Part shown: positions 26,765-36,817 of the stretch, one piece after another
How positions within the stretch are numbered: the stretch's first letter is position 1
Layout: each line of letters begins with the position of its first letter
From: Candidatus Omnitrophota bacterium
Lineage (GTDB): Bacteria; Omnitrophota; Gorgyraeia; Zapsychrales; Fredricksoniimonadaceae
NCBI GenBank assembly: GCA_903860135.1
Contig: CAIOPG010000007.1
Coordinates: 2,100 to 66,099, forward strand
Direction: 5' to 3'
Length of the DNA: 64,000 bases
Position numbers and translations under genes: made by a program
The notes under the pieces: model-generated
Database searches by the model: none
What the model was told of the DNA's origin: nothing
What the model saw: the letters and a program-made list of their open reading frames with translations, nothing else

Positions 26765-27919
26765 ATGACATTGTCTGACATGGCCTACATAGATCGTTGT
26801 GTGAACCTGGAAGCGTTGTTAAAACAGAAGTCTTATTTTCTTCTGGGTCCGCGGCAAACAGGAAAAAGTTCATTAATACACCATAGCTTTCCTAGAGCCA
26901 AAGTTTATAACTTGCTGGATAATGCCTTGTTCCTTGAATTAAACAGCCGTCCTGGCCGGTTAAAGGAAGAGGTGTCCGCCAAAGACAAGCTTGTTATCAT
27001 CGACGAGATACAGCGTGTGCCGCAACTCTTGAATGAAGTGCACCTGCTCATTGAGGAGCGAGGGGTGCATTTTTTGTTAACAGGATCGAGCGCGCGTAAA
27101 TTGCGTTCGGGTGGCGTGAATCTTTTAGGTGGGCGTGCCCGGCAAGCTTACCTGCATCCTTTTGTAACGGTTGAGCTGGGGAAGAAATTTGATTTGGGCC
27201 GTGCCCTTAACGCCGGATTGATCCCGTCGATATATTTTTCCAATAACCCTGTCGCGGATCTGGCGTCTTACGTTGGTTCTTATCTCAAGACAGAGATTGC
27301 GTCCGAGGCGTTGACCCGTGATGTGCCGGCATTTTCACGCTTCCTGGGTGTTGCCGGACTGTGCAATGCGACCATTGTGAATTTCACGAATGTCGCCAAT
27401 GACGCGCAAGTCAAGCGGACGACAGTTTACGAATACTTTGAAATATTGAAAGACACCCTGCTCGTGCGCGAATTGCCCGCGTTCCGTAAGAGTATAAAAA
27501 GGAAGCCTGTCTGTTCATCCAAATATTATTTCTTTGATACGGGAGTGGCGCGGCAATTGCAAGGCCGCACGGCGATTACACCCGGGACGCCGGAATACGG
27601 GGATGCTTTTGAGACATTTATTGTGAATGAGGTTTTTGCTTTCAGCGACTATGTGCGTCCTGTTGCCATGAGTTTCTGGCGTACGAGCGCTCATTGTGAG
27701 GTCGACCTTGTTCTGGATGATCATATCGCTATTGAGATCAAGGCCCAACAGCAGGTGCGCGTTGAGGATCTTAAAGGCTTAAAAGCGATCGCCGAAGAAG
27801 CTTCTTTTAAGCGTATGATTTGTGTTTGTCTGGAGAAGCGCCCGCGCAAGGTCGGCGGGATCGAGATATTGCCGTATCAGGAATTTCTGGGAATGTTATG
27901 GGGAGGACGGGTGTTGTGA
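26765..27919 (+). CDS. AAA_14 ATPase with DUF4143 C-terminal region
   Basis: GPRQTGKS, IIDEIQ, LTGSS, KYYFFDTG and EVDLV...IEIK (PD-(D/E)xK-like) motifs. Confidence 0.9.
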   Translation: MTLSDMAYIDRCVNLEALLKQKSYFLLGPRQTGKSSLIHHSFPRAKVYNLLDNALFLELNSRPGRLKEEVSAKDKLVIIDEIQRVPQLLNEVHLLIEERGVHFLLTGSSARKLRSGGVNLLGGRARQAYLHPFVTVELGKKFDLGRALNAGLIPSIYFSNNPVADLASYVGSYLKTEIASEALTRDVPAFSRFLGVAGLCNATIVNFTNVANDAQVKRTTVYEYFEILKDTLLVRELPAFRKSIKRKPVCSSKYYFFDTGVARQLQGRTAITPGTPEYGDAFETFIVNEVFAFSDYVRPVAMSFWRTSAHCEVDLVLDDHIAIEIKAQQQVRVEDLKGLKAIAEEASFKRMICVCLEKRPRKVGGIEILPYQEFLGMLWGGRVL

Positions 27920-27998
27920 AGATGTGCCGTTGGTTCTGACAAGGGCGGGTATGGGGAGGCGGTGTCATCATCGGTTTGTCAATAATAAGGAGGGTGCC

Positions 27999-28763
27999 AT
28001 GCTGAAGAAAAGGATTCCGTTAAAGTCAATGGCCTATGCGTATGGCTGGGTGCCGGATATCCCTGACAGCCGCGACCTTTATTATAGCGCGATCCGCATC
28101 AAGGTGAAACTTGCCCCGGCGGTTGATCTGCGCCCGGCGTGTTCAACGGTTGAAGATCAGGGGCAATTGGGCAGTTGTACGGCCAATGCGCTGGCCGGGA
28201 ATCTTGAATTCCTCGATAATAGTGTGGATAATGCGTACACGGATGTGAGCCGGCTTTTTATTTATTATAATGAGCGGGTGCTTCAAGGTTCGGTGGATGC
28301 TGATTCTGGTGCTTCGTTGCGTAACGGCATTAAGACGCTGGCGAAAACGGGTGCCTGTTCGGAGATCTCTTGGCCGTACGACATCGCCCGTTTTGCCGAA
28401 AAGCCTTCAGTGCCCTGTTATACAGAAGCGGCACAGCACCGCATTGTTTCGTATCACAGGCTTGTTGATTTGAATGAAATGCTCTCCTGTTTGTCCGAAG
28501 GGTTTCCTTTTGTATTCGGTTTTGCGGTTTACGAAAGCCTGCAAACGCCGGAGGTCGCGCGTACGGGCAAGGTGCCGATGCCCAAAAAGACCGAGCGGAT
28601 GCTCGGCGGGCACGCGGTTATGGCCGTCGGGTATGACCAGAAGAAAAAACATTTTATTGTCCGCAATTCCTGGGGCGAAAGCTGGGGCATGAAGGGCTAT
28701 TTCACGATGCCGTTTGCCTACATTGAGACCTTGGCGGCGGATTTTTGGACGGTGAGGAAATGA
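27999..28763 (+). CDS. Papain-family (C1) cysteine peptidase, xylellain-like
   Basis: AAGGAGG RBS before ATG 27999. YGWVPD, DQGQLGSC, GGHAV and RNSWG catalytic motifs. No signal peptide. Confidence 0.92.
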   Translation: MLKKRIPLKSMAYAYGWVPDIPDSRDLYYSAIRIKVKLAPAVDLRPACSTVEDQGQLGSCTANALAGNLEFLDNSVDNAYTDVSRLFIYYNERVLQGSVDADSGASLRNGIKTLAKTGACSEISWPYDIARFAEKPSVPCYTEAAQHRIVSYHRLVDLNEMLSCLSEGFPFVFGFAVYESLQTPEVARTGKVPMPKKTERMLGGHAVMAVGYDQKKKHFIVRNSWGESWGMKGYFTMPFAYIETLAADFWTVRK

Positions 28764-28870
28764 TTTGTATTGAGGGTTATCATTTGTTTTTTGTTGATGT
28801 ATGATGATGTGTTATTAATTGGAAAAGAATAAGAATTATTTCTGTGTCTATAGGCAGGGGGCAATGATTT

Positions 28871-29935
28871 ATGACAAATGAGGTAGTTATGACAGCAATG
28901 TTGGTTGGTGGGAAAAAGATTTTCAGAGGGAGCCCTTGTTTTGTTATTGCCGAGATCGGCCATAATCACCAGGGGGATTTTCAGAAAGCCAAAGAGATGA
29001 TACGTTCGGCAGCCGAGTGTGGTGTTGATGCCGTAAAATTTCAGAAAAGGGATAATCGCAGTCTTTTCACAAAAGCGATGTATGCCAAGCCTTATGATAA
29101 TGAGAACAGTTTTGGAAAGACATACGGAGAACATCGTGAATTTCTGGAGTTTGGCTGGGATCAGTATGTTGAGCTTAAGGAAGAGGCGCACAGGTGCAAG
29201 GTTGCTTTTATGTGTACGCCGTTTGATGTCACCAGTGTTGATTTTCTCGAGAAGCTTGATATCGATGGGTATAAGATTGCTTCTGGTGATATTACCAACA
29301 CCCATCTTCTGGAGTATGTGGCACGCAAAGGCCGTCCGGTTTTTGTTTCGACCGGAGCCAGCACGATGGATGAAATACGTTCTGCCTACAAATGTATTAA
29401 GCTGCATAATGACCAGATATGCCTGTTGCATGCGGTCAGCTCATATCCAGCTAATTATAATGATTTGAATTTACGTTTTATTGAGGTGCTACGCCATGAA
29501 TTCCCAGATGTCATTATTGGTTACTCTGGCCATGATAGCGGGATTCTAGCGGGGGTTGTTGCGTATATGCTTGGGGCAACGGTCCTTGAAAAGCATTTTA
29601 CGCTTAATCGTGCCTGGAAAGGGACAGATCACCGGTTTTCTCTCGAGCCCGTTGGGATGCGCAAGCAAGTCAGGGATCTGCGGCGTATCGATGAATCTTT
29701 GGGGTCGGGGTTGAAAGTATTGCAGCCTTTCGAGGTTGAATTTAGGGCGAAACTTGGGAAAAGTCTATATTTTAAGGGTGCGCATAAGGCGGGTCATATT
29801 TTGGCTCGCGAAGATGTTTCTATCAAAGCTCCCGGGGGAGGTATCCCTCCGTATGATCTGGAGAGGATTATTGGTAAGAAGCTTGTTAAGAACGTAGCAG
29901 AAGAGCATCTTTTGACTATGGGAGATCTGGAGTGA
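28871..29935 (+). CDS. neuB: NeuB-family PEP-dependent ulosonate (9-phosphate) synthase
   Basis: IAEIGHNHQG, AVKFQKR, KIASGD, GYSGHD and EKHFTL motifs. C-terminal SAF/AFP-like domain. Confidence 0.9.
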   Translation: MTNEVVMTAMLVGGKKIFRGSPCFVIAEIGHNHQGDFQKAKEMIRSAAECGVDAVKFQKRDNRSLFTKAMYAKPYDNENSFGKTYGEHREFLEFGWDQYVELKEEAHRCKVAFMCTPFDVTSVDFLEKLDIDGYKIASGDITNTHLLEYVARKGRPVFVSTGASTMDEIRSAYKCIKLHNDQICLLHAVSSYPANYNDLNLRFIEVLRHEFPDVIIGYSGHDSGILAGVVAYMLGATVLEKHFTLNRAWKGTDHRFSLEPVGMRKQVRDLRRIDESLGSGLKVLQPFEVEFRAKLGKSLYFKGAHKAGHILAREDVSIKAPGGGIPPYDLERIIGKKLVKNVAEEHLLTMGDLE

Positions 29936-29942
29936 GGTTTTT

Positions 29943-30446
29943 ATGTTGACGCACGAGGCATTTAAAGAGCGGTTAAAACAGATAAAGCTTGTTGTTTTTG
30001 ACTTCGATGGTGTTTTTACGGACAACAGGGTCTTTGTTTTTCAGGACGGGAGGGAAGCCGTTGCCTGTTCCCGGGGCGATGGGATGGGAATATCGCTCAT
30101 GCGTAAGGCCGGGGTTGATATGTTTGTTCTTTCGACAGAGGAAAATCATGTGGTTGCAGCCCGCTGCCGTAAATTGCTCCTGCCGTATGTTCATGGCTGT
30201 GATGACAAGAAAAATTTTCTTCAAGAGGAACTTTCGCGTCGCTGTCTTGTGTGGGAAGATGTTCTGTTTATGGGCAATGATGTTAATGATGCCGCGTGTT
30301 TAGCGGCGGCAGGGTGCGCGGTCTGCCCCGTCGATGCGCATCGGGCAGTTATACAATATGCGCATTATGTTACCCGGTTGCCCGGCGGCGCTGGAGCCGT
30401 CAGGGAAGTTTGTGACTTTTTTTTACAGGTGAATCATGCAAAATAA
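29943..30446 (+). CDS. KdsC-like HAD phosphatase (ulosonate-phosphate phosphatase)
   Basis: DFDGVFTD, GNDVND and GGAGAVRE motifs. Confidence 0.88.
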   Translation: MLTHEAFKERLKQIKLVVFDFDGVFTDNRVFVFQDGREAVACSRGDGMGISLMRKAGVDMFVLSTEENHVVAARCRKLLLPYVHGCDDKKNFLQEELSRRCLVWEDVLFMGNDVNDAACLAAAGCAVCPVDAHRAVIQYAHYVTRLPGGAGAVREVCDFFLQVNHAK

Positions 30447-31248
30447 CAAGCAGATATTATTTGGGTTAAATGGCAAGGTTGTTATTGTTACCGGTGCGGC
30501 GGGCCAGTTGGGCAATCAGTATGTCCGTGCGTTGCTTGATGCCGGAGCGAAAGTGGTGGCTCTAGACCTTGACCTTAAAAATTTAGGATCCCGCTTGGCT
30601 GACCTTGAGCTTGACGGCTTGTTGTTGCTTGAGGCGGATATTACTGACCGGGCTTCTCTTGAGAGTGCCTTGCAGGTGATATTGAAGAAATTTGGCGGTG
30701 TGCAGGCACTGGTGAATAATGCGGCCATTGATGCGCCACCGCATATGAAGTCAGCGGCATTAACAGGGCCATTTGAGACTTATCCTAAAGATGTCCTTCA
30801 AAAAATGTTCGATGTGAATTTAACCGGGAGTATTCTTTGCTGTCAGGTTTTCGGAGGGCATATGGCACGGCACGGCGGTGGCAGTATTATCAATATTGGT
30901 TCAATCTATGGCATATTAAGCCCTGATCAACGGCTTTATACGTATAAAGAAAAGCCTTTCTTTAAGCCTGTAGGGTATTCGGTAACCAAGTCTGCGGTAT
31001 TAAATTTGACGCGTTATCTGGCGACTTACTGGGCTGACAAGAATGTGCGGGTTAATACATTAACACTGGCCGGGGTGTTTAATAATCAGGATGAGGAATT
31101 TCTGCGGCGTTATACGGTAAAGGTGCCGCTGGGGCGTATGGCGCGGCCAGATGAGTATAACGGAGCTGTTATTTTTTTAATTTCGGATGCTTCCTCCTAT
31201 ATGACAGGATCTAATATGATCGTTGATGGCGGTTATAGTGCGTGGTGA
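30436..31248 (+). CDS. Classical SDR oxidoreductase (PtmA-like)
   Basis: TGAAGQLG, NNAA, GSIYG and YSVTK motifs. Confidence 0.88.
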   Translation: MQNNKQILFGLNGKVVIVTGAAGQLGNQYVRALLDAGAKVVALDLDLKNLGSRLADLELDGLLLLEADITDRASLESALQVILKKFGGVQALVNNAAIDAPPHMKSAALTGPFETYPKDVLQKMFDVNLTGSILCCQVFGGHMARHGGGSIINIGSIYGILSPDQRLYTYKEKPFFKPVGYSVTKSAVLNLTRYLATYWADKNVRVNTLTLAGVFNNQDEEFLRRYTVKVPLGRMARPDEYNGAVIFLISDASSYMTGSNMIVDGGYSAW

Positions 31249-31261
31249 GAAAGGAAGATAT

Positions 31262-32749
31262 ATGATCAAGTATCAAAATCTTGTGGCGGGGCAATTGACG
31301 GAACCTTTGGCCAAGGGTTATTTTGAGAATGTCAATCCTGCGGACACGGCGGATATTATCGGTCTTTTCCCACGATCTAACCGGGAAGATGTGGCGCAGG
31401 CGGTGGCTGCGGCCCAAAGAGCATTGCCAGCCTGGAAGAATATGAGTGCGCCCAGGCGAGGGGAATTAATCTTTAAGGCTTCCGAGATCCTCTTGCGGCG
31501 CAAGGATGAGTTGGCGATGGTCATTGTCCGTGAGATGGGCAAGACAATGCCCGAGTCTCGAGGGGATATTCAGTCGAGCGCAGATGCGGGGTATTTTGCT
31601 GCTGGTGAGGGGCGGCGTTTGTATGGCCAGACAACGACATCGGCGCTGGACAATCGCCTGGCGATGACGCGCCGGGTGCCTGTCGGGGTATGCGGGTTGA
31701 TCACAGCCTGGAATGCCCCTATGGCGATCATCACATGGAAACTTTTTCCGGCGCTTGTTTGCGGCAATACCGTGGTGTTGAAGCCGTCGGAAGATACGCC
31801 CATGACGGCGCATCTGCTCGGTGAGGTCCTCAAAGAGGCTGGATTTCCTGACGGGGTTGTGAATATTGTTTATGGCTTCGGGCCTGAGGTTGGAGAGGCG
31901 CTGGTGGCGCATCCGGATGTGAAGCTTGTTTCGTTCACGGGGTCGTCCAAGGTGGGCAATGCGATCGCGGCTGATTGCGGGCGATTGATGAAGCGCTGTT
32001 CTCTGGAACTTGGCGGCAAGAATGCCCTGATCGTGATGGAGGATGCTGATATCGCGGCTGCAGCAAAAGCTGTTGCTGCCGGAGCCTTTTCCACGGCGGG
32101 ACAGCGGTGTGCGGCTACAAGCCGCGTCCTTGTCCATGATAAGGTTTATGATGTTTTTATTAAACTGTTATTAACGGAAACCAGGGCGATGAAAGTTGGT
32201 CCGGGGATGGATCCGGACACCAAGGTTTGTCCGATCATCAACGAGCGTCAGTACAAACGTATCCTGGAATATATTGATGAAGGTAAGCAAGCCGGTTTTG
32301 AACTTTTGTATGGCGGGAAAGTGTTCGATGCGGGGAGGTGTGCTCAAGGCCGGTATATCGAGCCGACTATTTTTGCCGGTGTTGATATTGATTCACGTTT
32401 AGCACAGGATGAGATATTTGGCCCTGTGCTGGCGGTGTTCAGGGTGGGTTCGTTTGATGAAGCGATGGCCAAGGCCAATGCGGTTAGTTACGGATTGACG
32501 GCGTCAATTTATACGCAGGATGTTTCCCTGGCCATGGTGGCGCTTGATCGTTTTGAGGCGGGGTGCTGTTATGTTAATGCGCCGACTTTCGGGTCGGAAC
32601 CGCATATGCCTTTTGGTGGTGTAAAGCTGTCGGGGCTAGGCGCGCGTGAACCGGGGACGCAGGCGCTGGATGTGTTCAGTGAATGGAAAACGATTTATAT
32701 TGATTATTCGGGCGGTGTTCAGCAATCGCAGTACAGGATGAATAAATAA
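31262..32749 (+). CDS. Aldehyde dehydrogenase
   Basis: ITAWNAP, LKPSE, FTGS, LELGGKN, GQRC, EIFGP and PFGG motifs. Confidence 0.93.
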   Translation: MIKYQNLVAGQLTEPLAKGYFENVNPADTADIIGLFPRSNREDVAQAVAAAQRALPAWKNMSAPRRGELIFKASEILLRRKDELAMVIVREMGKTMPESRGDIQSSADAGYFAAGEGRRLYGQTTTSALDNRLAMTRRVPVGVCGLITAWNAPMAIITWKLFPALVCGNTVVLKPSEDTPMTAHLLGEVLKEAGFPDGVVNIVYGFGPEVGEALVAHPDVKLVSFTGSSKVGNAIAADCGRLMKRCSLELGGKNALIVMEDADIAAAAKAVAAGAFSTAGQRCAATSRVLVHDKVYDVFIKLLLTETRAMKVGPGMDPDTKVCPIINERQYKRILEYIDEGKQAGFELLYGGKVFDAGRCAQGRYIEPTIFAGVDIDSRLAQDEIFGPVLAVFRVGSFDEAMAKANAVSYGLTASIYTQDVSLAMVALDRFEAGCCYVNAPTFGSEPHMPFGGVKLSGLGAREPGTQALDVFSEWKTIYIDYSGGVQQSQYRMNK

Positions 32750-32752
32750 GGT

Positions 32753-33598
32753 ATGGCTATGGATCAACAGCGGATAGGGGAGTTGGTCAGGGTTTCAGCA
32801 CGTGTTCGGCAGCTTATCGTCGAAGTTCTGATCTGCGCGGGCTGCGGCCATCCGGGAGGTGCTTTTTCAAGCGTCGACCTGATGGTGGGGTTATATTTCC
32901 ATGCCCTCAGGATCGATCCGAAACGTCCGAGTGCTCCGGATAGAGATTTATTTGTGTTGAGTAAGGGGCATTCATCTGTTGGCCTTTACACGGTGCTTCA
33001 CGCGCGTGGGTTTCTTGATGAAAAAACGCTGATGACGTTTCGTCAAGATGGCAGTGCCCTCGGCGGTCATCCGATCAAGGACAAGGTTCCCGGTATTGAG
33101 GTGAGCACGGGATCATTGGGGCATGGTTTTTCTGTGGCGGCAGGGATGGCGCTGGGGATCAAGAAGGACGGGCAAGCTAAGCGTGTTTTCGTTATGGTCG
33201 GCGATGGAGAATGTCAGGAAGGTTCTGTTTGGGAAGCGGCGATGTTTGCCGCGCATTACAAGCTGGATAATCTGGTGGCTATCGTTGACCGTAACAGGAT
33301 ACAGATCGATGGGTTTACCGAGGATATTCTGGCGCTTGAGCCTATGGTGGACAAGTGGGAAGCGTTTGGGTGGGCTGTGCGGCGTATTAACGGACATAGC
33401 ATGACAGAAATCGTTGCTGCTATGGATGCCTTGCCGTTGGGGAAAGGGCGCCCATCGGTCATTATCGCGGATACGGTAAAAGGTAAAGGGGTTTCTTTCA
33501 TGGAGAATAATCCTGCCTGGCATGGTGGCGGGATATCTGGTGCTAATATTGAAATCGCACGGGCGGATACATATTGGCCTGGGGACAAGGGAGTATAA
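32753..33598 (+). CDS. Transketolase, N-terminal (ThDP-binding) subunit
   Basis: GHPGG, LSKGH, STGSLGHG and GDGE..EG...N ThDP motifs. Confidence 0.92.
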   Translation: MAMDQQRIGELVRVSARVRQLIVEVLICAGCGHPGGAFSSVDLMVGLYFHALRIDPKRPSAPDRDLFVLSKGHSSVGLYTVLHARGFLDEKTLMTFRQDGSALGGHPIKDKVPGIEVSTGSLGHGFSVAAGMALGIKKDGQAKRVFVMVGDGECQEGSVWEAAMFAAHYKLDNLVAIVDRNRIQIDGFTEDILALEPMVDKWEAFGWAVRRINGHSMTEIVAAMDALPLGKGRPSVIIADTVKGKGVSFMENNPAWHGGGISGANIEIARADTYWPGDKGV

Positions 33599-33600
33599 AC

Positions 33601-34545
33601 ATGTCCAAGCAATCTATTCGACATGTTTATGGTGCTTGCCTGACCGAGCTGGGCAGGAAATATCCTCAGCTCATGGTTCTCGATGCAGATCTCAAGGAAT
33701 CAACGCAATCGATACAATTCGAGCGGGTATTCCCGGATCGCTACATTGAGTGCGGGATCGCCGAGCAGAATATGTTGTGTGTTGCCGCTGGCTTGGCCTT
33801 AGTCGGAAAAATCCCGGTGGTGCATTCTTTCGCGGCCTTTATAGCCATGCGAGCCTGTGAACAGGTGCGGACCTCCATTGCGTACCCCGGACTTAATGTC
33901 AAGATCGTAGGCACTCATGCCGGTGTGACCGCAGGGAGTGCTGGCACGACGCATCATGCGCTTGAGGATATTGCGATCATGCGGGCGATGGCGGGGATGA
34001 CGGTTTTTGTCCCTGGAGATGCGCGGGAGTTAGAACAGGTGATCGCTGCGGCTTTTGTGATCAATGGCCCGGTGTATATCCGTCTGGGTGCGATTGACTA
34101 TGAGGATGTGTACCGTGACAGCGATCAATTTATTTCTGGCAGGGCAACGCTATTACGCCCGGGGAATGATGTGACGATTATGACTACCGGACATTTGATG
34201 CACGCCGGGGTTGTGGCGGCGGATATCCTTAAGGATCAACATGGGATCAGCGCCAGGGTGTTGCAAATGGCTTCGATCAAGCCGCTGGATCATGCGGCGA
34301 TCGTGGCGGCGGTGAGGGAGACGGCCGGAATCGTGACGGTTGAGGATCATAATATTTTAGGCGGGTTGGGTGGCGCGGTTTGTGAGGCAGCATGCGCGGC
34401 CGGAGGTGCGCGCGTGGAGCGTATTGGCGTGAAGGATGGCTTTTGCGGGGTTGGTTCCTGCGCATTCTTGCTCCAACAACAGAAGGTGACAGTTGACAGC
34501 ATTGTTTTGGCCGTGCTTGATATTTGTTGTCAGAAGAGGGGTTGA
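33601..34545 (+). CDS. Transketolase, C-terminal subunit
   Basis: DADL, GIAEQN, RACEQVR, GTTHHALED and VEDH...GGLG motifs. Confidence 0.92.
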   Translation: MSKQSIRHVYGACLTELGRKYPQLMVLDADLKESTQSIQFERVFPDRYIECGIAEQNMLCVAAGLALVGKIPVVHSFAAFIAMRACEQVRTSIAYPGLNVKIVGTHAGVTAGSAGTTHHALEDIAIMRAMAGMTVFVPGDARELEQVIAAAFVINGPVYIRLGAIDYEDVYRDSDQFISGRATLLRPGNDVTIMTTGHLMHAGVVAADILKDQHGISARVLQMASIKPLDHAAIVAAVRETAGIVTVEDHNILGGLGGAVCEAACAAGGARVERIGVKDGFCGVGSCAFLLQQQKVTVDSIVLAVLDICCQKRG

Positions 34546-36023
34546 TGACGCATGTTGAAAATCAGATGGGGAATTTGAAGCAAAGGATCCTGCACGGAGG
34601 GTCGTGGATGCTCTTTAGCCGGGTTGTTATTCAAATCCTTTCTTTGTTGCGAACGGCTGTTACGGCACGCATCCTTGTCCCCGAGGACTTTGGTTTGTTA
34701 GGGATAGCGGTGATCGTTGTGGCTTTTATTGAGCGGGTTACAACGGTTAATTTAAATCTCTTTTTGATGCAAAAGACAGAGAGCATCCACGAGGACATTG
34801 ACACTATTTGGACAATCGGTGTTTTAAAAGGGATATTCTTTTATGGGATTATTTTCTTTAGCGCGCCTTTTGTTGTCGGTTTCTTCGGGACGCCAGGAGC
34901 GGTGAATGTTTTAAGGGTGATAGCCTTGGTCTTTGTTATTAATTCTTTTGTTAACGGGGCGCTGGTTTATTTGCAAAAGAATATGGAGATGGAGAAGCTT
35001 TCGTATTCCAAGATCGTGGCGGCTATAGTTGAAACAGGGGTCACCCTGGGCATGGTATTTCTTTTAAGGAATGTTTGGGCCATTATTTTTGGTACGCTTG
35101 CCAGTTATTTGACCAATATGCTCATGTCGTTCTTGATTTATCCCAGGATGCCGCGGCTTGAGATAAAATGGGAGAAATTAAAGGATTGTTTTTTGTTTGG
35201 CAAATGGTTGTATTTTGGGAAAATGACAGCTTATTGTATTCAGTATGGCGACAATGCGACTGTCGGGAAAATGATGGGGCAGGGAGCTTTGGGGCTTTAT
35301 CAGATGGCGTATCGTTTGGGGATGCTTCCTTTTGACGAGTTGAGTCAGGCATTGAACAATATTGTTTATCCGGTTTATATTAAATTAAAAACTGAAGACG
35401 CACGGCTAAAGAAATTCTTTCTAAAAAGTATTGAATGGCAGGTCGCCGTGATTATCCCGCTTGTGATCATGATGGTTTTCTTTAGTAAAGGTGTTGTATC
35501 CCTTCTTTTAGGTGACAAGTGGCTAAATATGGTTGTTTGTTTTCAGATTATTGCTATTGTTGGTTTCTTTAAACATTTTCATAGTCATAATGGCCTTTTG
35601 TTGTTGGCTAAAGGGAAGCCACAGGTTGCTGCCTGGGGAGGAGCCATTCAACTGGTTATTATGGGGGCATTGATTATCCCCTTGACGTTATGGATGGGGA
35701 TCGAAGGCGCAGCCACTGCTGTTTTATTGGGTACTTTTATTGCAGCACTATTTTCCTTGTTCATGGCTTTCAAAGAGGTACGTTTACGTATAACGGATCT
35801 TGGGAGTGCTTTGGCCGGGCCGTTGTGTGCGTGTATTTTCATGTCATTGGTTTTGTGGGGATTTTCATGGTGGATCGCTGCTCATGCTATGGGTGGGATG
35901 GTTGTGGGGATGGGGCTAAGTTTGTTTGTGTATCTTGGAGTTTTATTATTGTTTGATCATTGGCAGGCGGGGGAGCTTTTAATAGATTTGAGAAAATGGA
36001 CTGGTTGGAAGTTCTTGGGGTAA
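34545..36023 (+). CDS. wzx: Wzx flippase (WzxC-like)
   Basis: ARILVPEDFG and DNATVGKMMG..ALGLY motifs. About 12-14 TMs. Confidence 0.88.
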   Translation: MTHVENQMGNLKQRILHGGSWMLFSRVVIQILSLLRTAVTARILVPEDFGLLGIAVIVVAFIERVTTVNLNLFLMQKTESIHEDIDTIWTIGVLKGIFFYGIIFFSAPFVVGFFGTPGAVNVLRVIALVFVINSFVNGALVYLQKNMEMEKLSYSKIVAAIVETGVTLGMVFLLRNVWAIIFGTLASYLTNMLMSFLIYPRMPRLEIKWEKLKDCFLFGKWLYFGKMTAYCIQYGDNATVGKMMGQGALGLYQMAYRLGMLPFDELSQALNNIVYPVYIKLKTEDARLKKFFLKSIEWQVAVIIPLVIMMVFFSKGVVSLLLGDKWLNMVVCFQIIAIVGFFKHFHSHNGLLLLAKGKPQVAAWGGAIQLVIMGALIIPLTLWMGIEGAATAVLLGTFIAALFSLFMAFKEVRLRITDLGSALAGPLCACIFMSLVLWGFSWWIAAHAMGGMVVGMGLSLFVYLGVLLLFDHWQAGELLIDLRKWTGWKFLG

Positions 36024-36037
36024 TGGAGGGTTACAAG

Positions 36038-36817
36038 ATGAAAGTTGTTATTTTAGCGGGCGGGTATGGGACGCGCATCAGCGAAGAATCCCATCTTAAA
36101 CCTAAACCCATGATCGATATCGGCGATAAGCCGATGCTTTGGCATATCATGAAGATCTACGCTCATTATGGTTTTAATGACTTTGTGATCTGTTGCGGAT
36201 ACAAGGGATATATGATCAAGGAGTATTTCGCGAACTATTATTTGCATCAATCTGATGTGACGTTTGATTTTTGCGGGCAAAACAAAATGACGATTCATAA
36301 TAATATTGCCGAGCCATGGAAGGTTACGCTGGTGGATACGGGCAAAGACACGATGACGGGCGGCCGTATCAAGCGTATCCAGCCATATCTGGGTAACGAA
36401 CCCTTCTTCTTGACATATGGCGATGGCGTGGCCGATGTGGATATTAAGAAACTCCTGGCCTTTCATTGTGCGCATGGGAAGAAGGCCACGTTAACAGCGA
36501 TTCAACCTGAGGGGCGTTGGGGGACGATTGCTGTCGGGGAAGATGCTCATGTGCAGTCATTTACAGAAAAACCAAGGGGTGGTAATTCCTGGGTTAATGG
36601 CGGTTTTTTTATCCTTCAGCCTGACATTTTTGAGTATATCGCTGATGATCAGGTGTCCTGGGAAGGTGAATCGTTGAAGAAAATTGCACAGATCGGCCAG
36701 TTGAAAGCCTTTCAGCATAATGGATTCTGGCATGCCATGGATACCATGCGTGACAGGGTGATGCTCGAGGATTTCTGGAAGAGTGGGAAGGCACCATGGA
36801 AAGTGTGGAAAGATTAA
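36038..36817 (+). CDS. rfbF: Glucose-1-phosphate cytidylyltransferase
   Basis: ILAGGYGTRISEES..KPKPM, TMTGGR, TYGDG and WHAMDT motifs. Confidence 0.93.
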   Translation: MKVVILAGGYGTRISEESHLKPKPMIDIGDKPMLWHIMKIYAHYGFNDFVICCGYKGYMIKEYFANYYLHQSDVTFDFCGQNKMTIHNNIAEPWKVTLVDTGKDTMTGGRIKRIQPYLGNEPFFLTYGDGVADVDIKKLLAFHCAHGKKATLTAIQPEGRWGTIAVGEDAHVQSFTEKPRGGNSWVNGGFFILQPDIFEYIADDQVSWEGESLKKIAQIGQLKAFQHNGFWHAMDTMRDRVMLEDFWKSGKAPWKVWKD

